Part shown: piece after piece, positions 26,286-38,624 of the stretch | How the letters are laid out: every line of letters starts with the position of its first letter | Position numbering within the stretch: position 1 is the stretch's first letter | Origin: Camelus ferus | Taxonomy: Eukaryota | DNA length: 64,000 bases | Assembly: GCF_009834535.1 (NCBI RefSeq) | Contig: NC_045697.1 | Coordinates: 36,954,001-37,018,000 of the forward strand | Direction: 5' to 3' | Translations under genes and position numbers: made by a program | Notes under the pieces: generated by a model | Database searches by the model: none | Seen by the model: only the letters and a program-made list of their open reading frames with translations | Told to the model about the DNA's origin: nothing

Positions 26286-27919
26286 ATGCCCATATGGACG
26301 GGAACTGGAACGCCTCCTCCTTTTTCCCTCCTAGTTGTTGGGCTTCATCCTGCAAATGTAAAACTGTGGATAGGGGAACAAAATTGAGGTGGTCTACTTG
26401 TTAACTGCTAAAGGGACTGACTACTTACACTACTTCACCTCCCTGGACCTCAGTTTCTCTGGTTGTAACATGAGATGGGCAAGCTGGATAATGGCAAAAT
26501 TCCTTTTCCAGTTGCTAAATTCAAGAACCTAGATACTGCAACCAACTCTCAAACTTTTCAAGATCTGTATTTTATTTTTTTCTTGGAAAAAAAGTCTCAA
26601 TAGGAAAATTCAATCTTTAAACATGTTCATTCTGGTTTCAAATAAAATTATTAAAATAAACTAATAACCAATTATTTGGTTTAAAATTAAATAAAATGAA
26701 ATAAAATCATGTGATCCTAGTTAAAACATAAAAAGAAGAAACAATAAGATAGCATTCTTTAAAAAAAAAAAAAGTATGTCCTGAAATTGTTTATATAGCA
26801 TCTTGTTCCAAGAAAGCACATAGCTAATCAGGAAACATATTTCCTATGTCATATTTCATCGGAAATCTTGTTCACAAGGTTAAATTACAGCATGCACTTT
26901 GTGTCACTTCAAAAATATTCCCTCTCACTTTATTGGTACATGAGTGGACTAGAAATGCTTCTAAGTCAGCCTGAAAGAACATTTGGCACCTGAAGGTTCT
27001 TACCGTCTTCTCCCAATATTTTTTTCATTTCCTCTTGACAACAGCACTATTGATACCATTGGTTCAGGAGGAAAAGCCACTAAAGAAGAATGAAGATCAC
27101 CACATATCTGATACTCACAGCCTGATTCTAGAGAGGAATGCAATATAATCATGCACAAATTAACTTAATTCAAATCCATAGATAATCTCTTAAACTTGTA
27201 GCCCAGCATCTCCTCTTCTCCACACATTCTCAGGCCTTGGCAACATCACCATCATCATAGCTGGTTTATATACTGAGTGCTAACCACGTGCTAGGCATTT
27301 CCTGATAGGTTGTCATGACTTAACACCCACAGCCACTGTATCAGAAGGGTCATTATTATTTTTATAGTGAGAGGAGGGGAGAGTCACACCCAGGACCTCC
27401 TAACCCCCAGCCCAAGCTCAATAGCGCAGTGAAAATGTTGGGGTTGTGATGGAGCCAGAATATGTATGCACTCATTTCAGTGCATCCTCTTATTGCTCTC
27501 ATTGTCTGTCTTACAAGCCCTGCATGGCCCTCTGCTTGAGGGCAGAGGCCAAAATTTATGTTTGTGTCATCATCATTTGGCAAAACAGTTAACACAAGAA
27601 CAGAAAGCCCTGTGGAAACTTCACACAGTGAGTTGAGACTTAAGCTATCTTGTTCTCCTAGTTTCCCCAGCGCCTATAGCACAATCTGGCATACTGTAGG
27701 CACTCCATAAATGCTCACTGCATAAATAGACGGAAAGATGATCCAGAGGGTAGTGAAGAAAACTGGGGGCAAGCAGCCAAGAAGAGGGTAACTCGGGGTG
27801 ATGCACCTGGTGACCCTGAGGCTTCGCACAGCCAGGTTTCACCCAGAGGCTCCCCTTTCCCCAGCCCCAACTCTGACCTTACAGTTTCTAAAGACCCAGG
27901 CAGAAAGCTGAATTTGCAC

Positions 27920-28045
27920 TGCGATGAGCGCTGCACTTAATGAGCGGGAGTCAGCAGCCGAAAGGTCGGCTGGAGGCGACGCACCTCGCCAACGCATGCG
28001 CTCTCACATGCCACCTTCACTCACACACACACACACACACACACA

Positions 28046-28131
<86 letters not shown>

Positions 28132-28625
28132 CTCTCTCTCTCTCTCTCTCTCACACACACTCTCTCACACTCTCTCTCTCACACTCTCACACTCATGCAT
28201 GCGCACCTGGCACGGCGAGGATGCTGTGCCTAGTTTGCATGCCGGTATGCTTGAAGTTTGGGGGCTGTTGCTGATGGAGGTATTTTCAGACTGTGGGTTC
28301 AATGCGATCTCTTAGAATCGCTTCGTTTTCCGGTAATAAGTTAACCAGGGAGAGGGGAAGACCTTGACCCAAACAGGGAGACACGCCAGGAAGGAGTAGA
28401 TTGCAGTTCTTCCCCCGGGGGAGCCAGAGCACAGAGGGGAGGAGCGGACACGCCCGGAGCGCCCGCGCCGTCTCAGAGCCTATATACCCCCATCTAGGAA
28501 GCGGCCTCTCGGGGGACTTCGAGCTTCTGCCTCATTTGGCTTCACCGAGACCTGGGGAGGGGGATGACTGAACACGGACTTCGGACTGGCCCTGGCCGCG
28601 CGGTCCGGGCTCCTTCGCGCAGAGG
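27920..28625. promoter_or_regulatory. Orphan CpG-rich element (putative enhancer or promoter)
   Basis: Local CpG enrichment against depleted flanks, two NRF1-like motifs and TATATA at 28481. Confidence 0.5.
28022..28192. repeat. Compound (CA)n-(CT)n microsatellite
   Basis: Seen directly. Confidence 0.95.
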
Positions 28626-28669
28626 ACACAGCACAGGGAGCTGTAGGCTAGGATGAAAAGAGGGGCAGG

Positions 28670-29540
28670 GTCTTAGCGTTAAAACATCCTCAGTTTGAAT
28701 CCTCCCTCTGCCATTTCTAAGCTATGTGGCCTTGGACAAGTTGCATAGCATCTCTGAGCCTCAGTTTTCCTATATGTAAAGTGAGGGATTAAGTTATTCA
28801 GCAATTAATTATTTCACTCCTTATATGTTCCACTTCTGGGCTGGACGGTTTATACACACTGGATAATAAAAGAGACCCAGTTTCTGCCCAGTGAAGCTTG
28901 CAGTCAACTGGGGTAGGTACCCAACCAGCAATGAAATAAACCAGCAAACATATGTATTGATTAGGATTAAGGATTCTGAAGTAAAAAAAATAAGATGTTG
29001 CTTTCACCTACCCTCAATGTCCTTCAGCACTTACTATGTTCTGGGAGCAAGTGGATAAAAGCAATCACATTCCTTCCCTACCACATCCTAAGTCCAGTGT
29101 GTGCCCTTTCTGTCATAAGGGCCTTTGTGATCTTCAATATGTAAGAAACCATATTAACCAAGGAGTGGACCATAAACAAATGAGAAATAATAAAAGTACC
29201 TACCTCACGGGGTCATTGTGAGAAATAAAAGATGCATTAATGGCTTAACTCGTGGCTGAGCACATAGCAGCTGCTCAAAAAATGCTAGATATTATTAGAT
29301 GGTGTTGCCTAGTGCCTAGGACTCTGGATTCTACATTCATTCTATAGACAAGGTCTGAATCCTGGCTGTGGCATATCTAGCTGTGTGACCTTGGATAAGC
29401 CTTTGAACTTCAGTAAGACTCAGGATTCTCATCAAGAAACAACCATAAAAATGGTGCTTTATCTGGTAGGGCAGTTATGCAAATTAAATGAGGTCTTGTA
29501 GGCAAGGCTCCTGATTCAGGGCAAGGCACCATGAGAGCTC
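28670..29540. mobile_element. Cluster of MIR/L2 fragments
   Basis: MIR cores at ~28700-28790 and ~29355-29500. Confidence 0.6.
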
Positions 29541-32500
29541 TGGAAACGATGGCTATGAAGATTGTCATAGCCTCCAAAGGCATCGGTTTCCTCCTCTCTG
29601 AAACAAGTCAGCAAAGCTGGCCAAAGGAGCCTTGAAATTTAGGGCGCAGTCCCAAATGGGGACTGCCAGGATGCAAGGCCTTTGATGGAGCTGGAGAATG
29701 GGAGGGGACGAGGTTCTCCTGGCAGGCTCGGGTTGATGCAGCTGCCAAACCGGGACAGGTACACCCAGAAACCAAGAACTAGGAAAGCCGCTGGGCAGGG
29801 CGCCTTGCCAGGCTGTGGAGGGGCCTTAGAGAGCAAAATGCAGCCGGGAAGAGCAGTGCCGGGGCAGAGAGGTGATTGGAAACAGGCTCCGGTTTCCTGG
29901 TTACTCACTACGAAACCCGGGGCTCTGATACCTCATTCCCAAGCCTCAGAGCCCCTGGAGTGGCAGGTCGCAGATAATAACAAAAACAAGAGACGCCATG
30001 AGCTCTTACCAAGCTCCAAGCCCGGTGCTAGGCAGTGCTTAATTCCTCGCAAAGACTCGAAAGCGGCGTGCGTTTTTCCTATTTCACAGCTGCAGAAACA
30101 GATTCTTCTACCCATCTCCCTGTCTCCTTTCAGTTCTTGCAATTAGCCAAGAGAAACTCTTACCGACTTTTGTACCTGCCCTTCGGTGGCCCGACACATT
30201 CCCCATCCCCCCTGTCGCAGGCCAATATCCGGTTGTCCTGCAGGTCACTTTAGACTTCGGTTTTATCCACTCCCAGAGCCGTGAGGGCTTTTCTTTCATA
30301 TTCACGCGACCTTTTGTAATTCACCAGCTCTGAGTTGATTTGTCGATTTGCTTGACACACTGGAAACTCCCAGAGGATGCGTCATGTGCAACGGAATTGC
30401 CTGTCAGGGAGCCTGGCATACAGTAGGCACTCAGTATACACCTTCAACAATGATTAACTGCTGAATGAGGCTCGGAGAGGTGGTTAATCTCTTGGATAAG
30501 GGAGGGTAGGATTTATCCATTATTTCTGAACCCTCACCTGCATCAGAACCATGTAGATAGTTTGCCACGGTTTTTTTGTTTGTTTGTTTGTTTTAATTTA
30601 AGCTTTCATTAAATTAAAATTTCTAGGGCCTCTGTACTCTCCAGGTGATTTTTGTAGATGACCAAGGTTGAACACCACAAAGGCCAGATTGCTAAAAATT
30701 ATTAAAGTTCGCTCTTTTTGGTAACTTTTGAAAAACCTGTCTTGAATCCCATTACTAAGCAGCTATTTAGGCCCAATGGTTTCAGCAAACTTAGGCCAAG
30801 GGGAGTGGAGAATTCATGTTCATTCAGCCTCCCCTTACACTCCCATGTCCCTGCTTCTAAACAAGGGAACACTACCAACTTGGAAAAACGTAGTTTTTAA
30901 AAAATGGCAAGCACCAAGAGAACTGGAGAGGGACGGAGGTGGAGCATTTGCTTCAATTATCCGGATAATTGTTCCCCATCTCAGACCATTGTTACTAAAA
31001 TGAAACAATATTCTATTGGATACAGTCTTGGCCTTTTCAGGCTTGCTCCCCTGCGGCGTCTTGCACACGCTGGGCACTGAGTTGGCGCCCAATAAATTTT
31101 ATTCTGATGACAGAGGAGAGCTTTAAGGGTCGGGGAGGGATGCCTTGTTAGGCTTAAGGATTTGGGGGTGGGCGAATATTAATTAAGGTGAAGTGGGGAG
31201 CAGAGGGGTGGTGTGGTGGAGATTGGGTACCATCAAAACTTTGTTCGGAGGGCCCTGAAATTCTCAGCCAAACTCCCCACTCCTTTCCCAGAACCTCCCC
31301 CCACCCCTTCTTCTGCGAGGGCCAAATTGAACTCTGTGCCTGTGGTGAGCACAAAGGCGAATTCACGTTTCTCAAAGGCCCATCCATTCTGAATAAACAT
31401 GGGGGAGAAGCAAGATCATTTTTGGTGATGGGTGAACACAAGGCCACAACTCCATGGACCGGCCTGCCGCACCACGCATTAAAAGTAACTGTACTGGGGC
31501 AGCTGAAGGGACAGCGGGTGCCTGAGCCCCTCACCACTCAGCTAGCACAGGAATGTGAGGACTGACTTCCAACTGCCCCTCTTTCATCCCGACTTGCGGC
31601 TTTTCAAGGGGAGCTTGGGTTCTCTATGAGTGTGTATTTGCTAATTGCAGTCTCCGCTTTAATGAGATTCTTTAACTCTCCCAAGCCCGTCTGCAGGTTA
31701 CAGCCTTATCTGGGGACCCTCGTTTTCCACCCTTACTACACATCCCGTGAACAATCGCCTTGCCGGCTCCTGAAAAGAGGGAGAGCGCCCCATTTCTGCT
31801 GAATGCAAGTCTCCGTTCATCGAAAGCTGGCGGGCTTTTGATGGCCACAATGCAAGTTACGCCCAAAGAGTGTCTCTTTGGTCAGATCGACAACGCTTGG
31901 CTTCACGTTTGCAAGTTAAACGGGCAGAAACCCGGCTGAAACTCCCACGCCAGACGCCAGGGACATTTCCCTCCGCCCTGCTCAGAGCCGAACGGGGGAA
32001 TGGGTCCTGGCAGGGGGAGGAAAGTAGGAGGCGGTTGTTAGAAGGGTGAGCAGGGGAAGAGTCCTGATTCTCAGCCACCATCTACAAGAAGGCGGGAGAC
32101 AGTTTTCTTTGGCATTTCCCTTATTTATATATGTATTTTTTTCATTTTGCTTTGTTGGCAGCTTTACCCAAACCCCCCCCCCAAAAAAATCAAATGAGAG
32201 TGTTTTTTCCTTGTCTTCACCTAGGTAGCTGCTTTTCTCCAGTCCCTGAAAATGTGACTCCTTCATAAAATCAAAATTTATGATTATTCAAATGTTGGGG
32301 ACTGTGAAAAGAGAGGAAGAAAGAGAGAAAATTAATATTGCAGCTGTTCTTCTGATTAATGAGAGATAATTGCTCATGAAAAGTCACCCCTGTGGCATTT
32401 TGTTGTCTCCTGGATCTTTGTTCTTTTCCACTATTATTGAGGACTTTCTTGAAGACTAAGCGGTTCTTTTCAATTTTGGGGTATTCAGAAAGGGTTGCCT

Positions 32501-35500
32501 GGTTACAGAGAATGGGGAAATCTCGGGCTATATCGGGTAAGATGTGCCACAGACAGCAATATCACAATGCCACTCGGAGAAAAGGATGGATACAAGTTAA
32601 CGATGCGCTTTCAATAAAACATTCATAGACTTGTTCACGCTTTGATAATGACCTCATTAAAGGGAGCTGGGGGCAAGTAAGTCCTGTCTCCTGTTTGTGT
32701 TCAGCTAACAAAACCCAGCTTTGAGATCATTCATCGCTTTGGAAACTAATATGAAATCAATGTAAGAGGAGCAAATAAATCCGAGGCGGCCGGGCAACTC
32801 CCGGCTGTCCCGCCCTGCTTGCCGGCCTCCTCCACTTGGAGCAGGAGAACCATGTGGGCAAACGCTGGAACTGAGAGAAAAAAGGACCAGGGATGGGGGG
32901 CGGGGGGGGCGCCCTTAAGGGGCACAGGGGGAGGGGCAAACTGCGCCCCCTAAGGGCTCCCTTAGCTCCCCCCAGAGTGGTAAGCACATCAGTGGGTCAG
33001 AACTCTAGGGCCTGTTGAACAAGTAATGCTAAGTCCACGCACTTTTCTTTCCCTGACTTAGCCTGTAAAAGGAAACAGGAAGAGAGAGAAGGAAGAGGAG
33101 AATGTGAGGTTCAGGTCTGGTGTGATCCTAGGTGCGGAAAAGTACTGAAAGGCTTTCTGAAAGCAACATTCAAGAATTCATATCTCAAGGCTGAGCTGTG
33201 AGGAAACTGCTCATCCAGACTTCAGAGGCAAGAAAATGGTACCTCTGACTGCTTTTACTTTTTTTCTCAGTTGAGGGTAAGGGTGGGGTGTCCTGACAGG
33301 AGTGGGGGTTGGTGGGGGACAATTTTGTTACCTTCACATTTGTGACATCATCTTGCACTCAAGGAAGACAAAGCTATCCTTCGTCAGCTCCAGCAAGAGA
33401 GGAAAAAAAAAAAATCAAAGGACCCCCCCCCCACACTTGAAAGAACTAATTTTCTCCTTGAATTATGAAAGTAATGGCTTAGGTAACAGCCTGTACTCTG
33501 TACCCGACTGCTTAATACCGAATAAATCCTTCCACGTGGCTCCTTGAGTCGTGGCAATTAGAGCTCATTATAGGCTCATAAGAGCTCTCATTTCAGGGAT
33601 TACTTAATGGACGATGAAATTTTATCGGACAGAATCACTGAGAAATAAAATTGGGTGGCAGCAGGGGCACAAGGGGGGCACGCTGACAGCCTGCCCAGGG
33701 TCCCTTTCTGCTCTGAATTGGTTGGAGGTGTGCTGTCCTCGGGAAGGGTAGGGCTGGGAAGGGCCGGGCTGGGAAGGGCCAGCCACAAAGCTACCCAGGA
33801 CCAAGGTGGGGTGGGGTGGAGATGATGGCAAGGCACATAGGGGGAGCTTCTGAAGATGGAGCTGAAGTGGAGGAAAGGAGGGGAGAGAGAGAGACACTGA
33901 GAGATCCAAAGAGAACTAAAGAGTCTGAGAGACTCCAAAGTGGAACGTGACCCTAAATACTTAGCCTTGGTGGGCTTAAGCAAGTAACCAAGAATTCTAA
34001 TAGACAAATTTCTCAGAACATGGTCTGCTTTCAGCCTCAGTTTGGCCCCAAAACTGCTGCTCCCCTTGCAGCCCTAAGCAACCCCACGGGCCTCTCACTT
34101 TTCTCAAAATTTCTCAGCCCACCAACTGGATGTTTCTGCAGTCAGACATAAATTGAGTTAGATGTTAAAGCTTCGTAATTAGGATTCTCTAAAATAAAAT
34201 GATCCTCACAGAAGCATAACTCCTAGCCCATTAACATAGGAGTTCTTCCTTCAAGCACAACTAGAACCACTGCGGATATATATTATATAAAGTGAATAAA
34301 TACATATGAATATATACAATTTTAAGTAAAAAAATTACATATATATATATAGACTTGCAAAGTGAATGAGGAAATCACATCACCTGTTTGGACAATTAAG
34401 GCCTGTAAAAACATCCTGCCATTAAGCACCTCTCAGTGGTTGAGCTCCCAGTCTTCTTTTTGAGGCTGGAATGATTTGGGTACTTCCCAGATTCTTCCGA
34501 TTGAGTGAGGGTGGACTGGGTTGAGGCTGAGTGCCTGCGATGGCTGCAGCGGCCAATCTTGTGGTATAAAAGTAGTTACAGCTGAGCTGCCCTGAGTTAA
34601 GCCCTGAGACTCCTTAATTGTTGTCACAAGATGTTGGATTAGCACATTTCTGGAATAGCTGTCTGTTTACACTCTGGAGACCCACCATCCACTAACCGCT
34701 TTCTAATTGAATTCTAATCACATTCAAATAGCTCAATAACCAGCCTCAGCTGCAATTCATAAAACTTTAATTGCCATCCATAAATCCTGGGCTCCCCAGA
34801 GCGGGGCGTCCCTACAACTCAATTACACTTCTTTTGCAGGCAAGAGAGACGGTCACAGAAATGGAAAGGGAAAAGGAGAAACAGAAAGACAGAAGACAGA
34901 GAGACAACCATGCTGCCGGCTGAGAAGCTGATGCTCCCCTAGGATTTGGGCACTTGGTTCTCGCAGGTGAAGGGAGTCCTGTCCCCAAGTTTCTTAGTAC
35001 CATTGTGATCTGAGGCCTGGAGTTAGCTGTTCTGGGAAAAGATTGGACTTGTAGCTTTTGCTCACCCTCCCTGCTTCAGCCAGATTTTCTATAGGGTAAA
35101 GAAGAGAAAGCTGTCACTTCTGCAGCATTGCCTTCCCCAAAAGACCAATGTCTCCTATGTGGGCAGCCACCCTCTCTCACATAGCCACTGGTACACCAGT
35201 CTTCCACTGGAGCCTGTGCCACTCAGAGAGGTTTCCTCTACCAAGCCACTTCACCCATCCCAAGGCAGGATTCATTGAGAAGCTCAATTCCCTTCAATCT
35301 TTTTGGGCTTAAAAAGGGTGCATAGGGGAGTGCTTCATGGTTAGTCTGCTAACTGCCTGAGATCTGTAAATGCAAAGGGGCAGGAGATCACGGGATCCAA
35401 AGCAAAGGCTTCTCTCAACCCCTGCCCAGTCTCCAGAAGGGCCGAGGTTCGGTCCTCTCCCCAAAATCCATGGGATGGAGTTTGTAGGGTTGGAAATACA

Positions 35501-36232
35501 GCAGTAGAACCACTTGGAGAAAGAAAGAGTGACCCTTCAAAGTCTCTCTCTGCCAAAGGGGGAGTTTCAGGTTAGAAAGAAGTACAAGAAAGCTTCCTTG
35601 ATCTGGGTGGCCCCAGGAAGGCCCCAAGTGCAAGGGCATTTTAGAGATTCTCAGGCATCAGAATGAAAAGCTCAGCAGCATCTTAGCTGGGAGGCTTCAC
35701 TGTTATGCCCCCCTCCCTCATTCCTAACCACCTGAATGACCTTGGCCAAGTCTAAAAGCTGGGGGACTCTGTATGTGGGAATGTGTGTAGGTGTGTGTGT
35801 GTGTGTCCACCGCACTCACAATCTTCCCCTAAACCGCAGGCCTCACACTATACCTTGCCTTATCCACGACTGACACAGAGGAGCAGGGAGTTCTGGGCAT
35901 TCCTATTAAAAAGGCCGCAAAGTCCCCACCTGGTGCCCTTTGCGGCCCGGCGCAAGAAAGAGTTGGGTTGGGGCCCAGGTTAGGGAGAGGGGTGGGATGG
36001 AGGATGCAGCTCTGTGATTTCTCGGGAAAGCGTGGAGAAAGAGGGGGAGGAGGCTGGCCCCCCCGCGAAATTAACAAAACCTACACTTTGCAAAGTCTCC
36101 CCCATCCCCCTCCTCCGAGTTCTTCCCTGCCGCGCGCCCGCCCCTCCTCGCCGCTTCTGTTGTGACTCGGGCAGCCTATCCCGAGGGTGGGGAGCTGCCG
36201 AGGAGCCTGAGCCGAGCGGTACTCCGCAGCAT

Positions 36233-36258
36233 CACGTGTCGGGGTGGGGGCTATAAAA
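36233..36258 (+). promoter_or_regulatory. GSX2: GSX2 core promoter: E-box CACGTG (36233-36238) and TATA box TATAAAA (36252-36258)
   Basis: Canonical TATA ~210 bp upstream of the ATG, inside a CpG island. No upstream ATG between the TATA box and the start codon. Confidence 0.75.
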
Positions 36259-36462
36259 TCTCGTAGCTGGGGCGTCGGGCGGGGGACGTGAGGACCAGCC
36301 CTCTCCAGGGACCCCTTTGTTCGCAGCCTAGACGCCGACACCTCCGCGTCCCCAAGGGCTTGACCGCCTGCGTCCGCACCGCGCCCGGGGCAGAGCTCAG
36401 GACAGGAGAGGGGAGGGGGCTCCACGGCCGGCCGGGCCCTCTAGCTACCCACCCTTCCCGAC

Positions 36463-37036
36463 ATGTCGCGCTCCTTCTATGTCGACTCGCTCATCATCAA
36501 GGACTCCTCAAGGCCCGCGCCCTCGCTGCCTGAGCCGCACCCCGGGCCAGATTTCTTCATCCCGCTGGGCATGCCGTCCCCGTTGGTGATGTCTGTGTCC
36601 GGACCAGGCTGCCCGTCCCGCAAGAGCGGCGCGTTCTGCGTTTGCCCGCTCTGCGTCACTTCGCACCTGCACCCCTCTCGGGGGCCCGCGAGCTCCGGCG
36701 GCGCGGGCGCAGGGAACGGGAGTGCAGGGGCTGGGGGTGGCGGGGCGGCTGGAACCGCCGGGGCCCTGCCTCTGCTCAAGAGTCAGTTTTCTTCAGGTTC
36801 TGGGGACGCTCAGTTTTGCCCGCGCGTGAGCCACGCGCACCATCACCACCACCCGCCGCAGCACCACCATCACCATCACCAGCCCCAGCAGCCTGGCTCG
36901 GCCGCCGCCGCTGCGGCCGCGGCGGCAGCGGCGGCGGCCGCGGCGGCCTTGGGGCATCCGCAGCACCACGCACCTGTCTGCACCGCCACCACCTACAACG
37001 TGGCGGATCCGCGGAGATTCCACTGCCTCACCATGG
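36463..37036 (+). CDS. GSX2: GSX2 (GS homeobox 2) exon 1
   Basis: N-terminus MSRSFYVDSLI (SNAG/eh1-like), His-rich tract, 16 Ala (36901-36948) and RRFHCLTM. Phase-1 donor G|GTAGGG at 37037. Confidence 0.98.
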
Positions 37037-37730
37037 GTAGGGCGGGGTCTCTGGGCACCTGCGCGCCGCGCGGTGCGGGATCCCGGGAGCAAACTTTCTG
37101 CCTCCAGTGGAGGAAGTGGGAGCCCGGGGGGCGGGGTGGGGAGGGAGGAGGGGCTTTTAGTGTATCTGTGGAGTCGTTCCCAGAAGTTCCACGAAGATGG
37201 AAGTTAGCCTGCCAGCCTCTCCAAGCAGCCTGGTACGCCTCACTCCCAGTGCCTGGTGCCCGAGTCTTGTGTAATACCGGGGCCCTTGGGACTTCAAACT
37301 TGAGGGCTGAGGGCTGAGAAACCGCAGGTTAGCTGGCTGAGGTCCGGGGTGGGTGTTTGAACTTAGGTGTGGCATTCCGGCGTCGGGGCTGGCTAAAAGC
37401 GCTTCGAGGTTTTGACTAAGCCTCCCTGCCTTTCTGCTAGGCTTGAAGAGAGATGACCGGACAATGTAACGCCTCCCCCCGACCCCAAACTTTAATCCTC
37501 TGACTTTAAGTCCCGAACATCAAAGGCCTTCACTTGCTTTGGGCGCCTCTGTCCTTCCCAGCTAAGTAACGATGTGTCTTGAAATGAGAAACTGTGAGGG
37601 ATGGATACAGGTGTTCGGCTGAGCTTCGCAGGTGGTTCCTTGAGAGGCATGCGTTGCAAAGGATGGCACGTGGGGTAGGAGCACCTCTCCCGAAAATTAC
37701 CTCTCTTACCCTCTCTTCGCCCGTCTGCAG
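37037..37730 (+). other. GSX2: GSX2 intron (694 bp)
   Basis: GT...polypyrimidine tract...CTGCAG; splicing restores the reading frame. Confidence 0.95.
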
Positions 37731-38071
37731 GGGGCTCGGACGCCAGCCAGGTACCCAACGGCAAGAGGATGAGGACGGCGTTCACTAGCACGCAGCTCCT
37801 GGAGCTGGAGCGGGAATTCTCTTCCAACATGTATCTGTCTCGACTCCGGAGGATTGAAATCGCCACGTACCTGAACCTGTCGGAGAAGCAGGTGAAAATC
37901 TGGTTTCAGAACCGCCGGGTGAAGCATAAGAAGGAAGGGAAGGGCACGCAGAGGAACAGTCACGCGGGCTGCAAGTGCATAGGCAGTCAGGCGCACTACG
38001 GGCGGTCTGAGGATGAGGACTCCTTGTCGCCGGCCTCGGCCAACGATGACAAGGAGATTTCCCCCTTATGA
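37731..38071 (+). CDS. GSX2: GSX2 exon 2 (homeodomain)
   Basis: [30 protein letters not shown]...[14 protein letters not shown]...EISPL*. The spliced CDS is 915 nt, or 304 aa. Confidence 0.98.
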
Positions 38072-38618
38072 GGGAGGGCCACCCCCTCTCGCCACATGCT
38101 CCGGGCATCCCTAACAGCGCCCGACGAGGCGGATACCAGCGGCCAAAACCCTCCCCCTTTCGGGGGGGGTCCCACCTGGAGAAGGTGCAGACAAGCATAC
38201 CGGGGGGTGTACATGCTGGGCCTGACCCTCCACGTCTCCTCCTTGACCTATTTGTTTGCGGCTCCACTCGCAGTTATAGATCTTTTTTTTTTTAATGTAA
38301 ATAATCTAGATTCAACTCAGTCTTGTCATATAACAAAGAAAAACAGGGTTGGTTTAACACTGTATGGGGGTTTTTTGAAAGCGCATGTCATTTCCTTTTC
38401 CCTGCTGTCTTTCAGAACCTGATAAGAACACCAGGTTTCTTGATTATTTTTTGTTGTTAGTTTTTTTTTTAATGAAAGTATTAAGTTGCAAATAACTTAG
38501 AAAATTAAACCCTGTAGGTCTTGCTTTCTGAAATTTTCCTGGGGACAGTTTGAAATCCAAGGTGCTGGAAGTCCCTTTGTGAATAGTTTTATATAAAACT
38601 TATATTTATATTTATTTA

Positions 38619-38624
38619 AATAAA
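38619..38624 (+). terminator. GSX2: Probable GSX2 polyadenylation signal
   Basis: AATAAA with an upstream U/A-rich run and a downstream GU/U-rich tract (tttgtggtatttg). Confidence 0.7.

Larger units (their letters stand above)
35900..38150. promoter_or_regulatory. CpG island spanning GSX2
   Basis: High GC/CpG over the promoter, both exons and much of the intron. Confidence 0.85.

Noticed and set aside
27924..28274. ORFs with HT/LS repeats
   Set aside because: These are translations of the (CA)/(CT) microsatellite.
29477..29484. Octamer ATGCAAAT
   Set aside because: It lies inside a MIR fragment and is a single short motif, with no further support.
36477..38267. Antisense and alternative-frame ORFs across GSX2
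   Set aside because: Expected by-products of GC-rich coding sequence.
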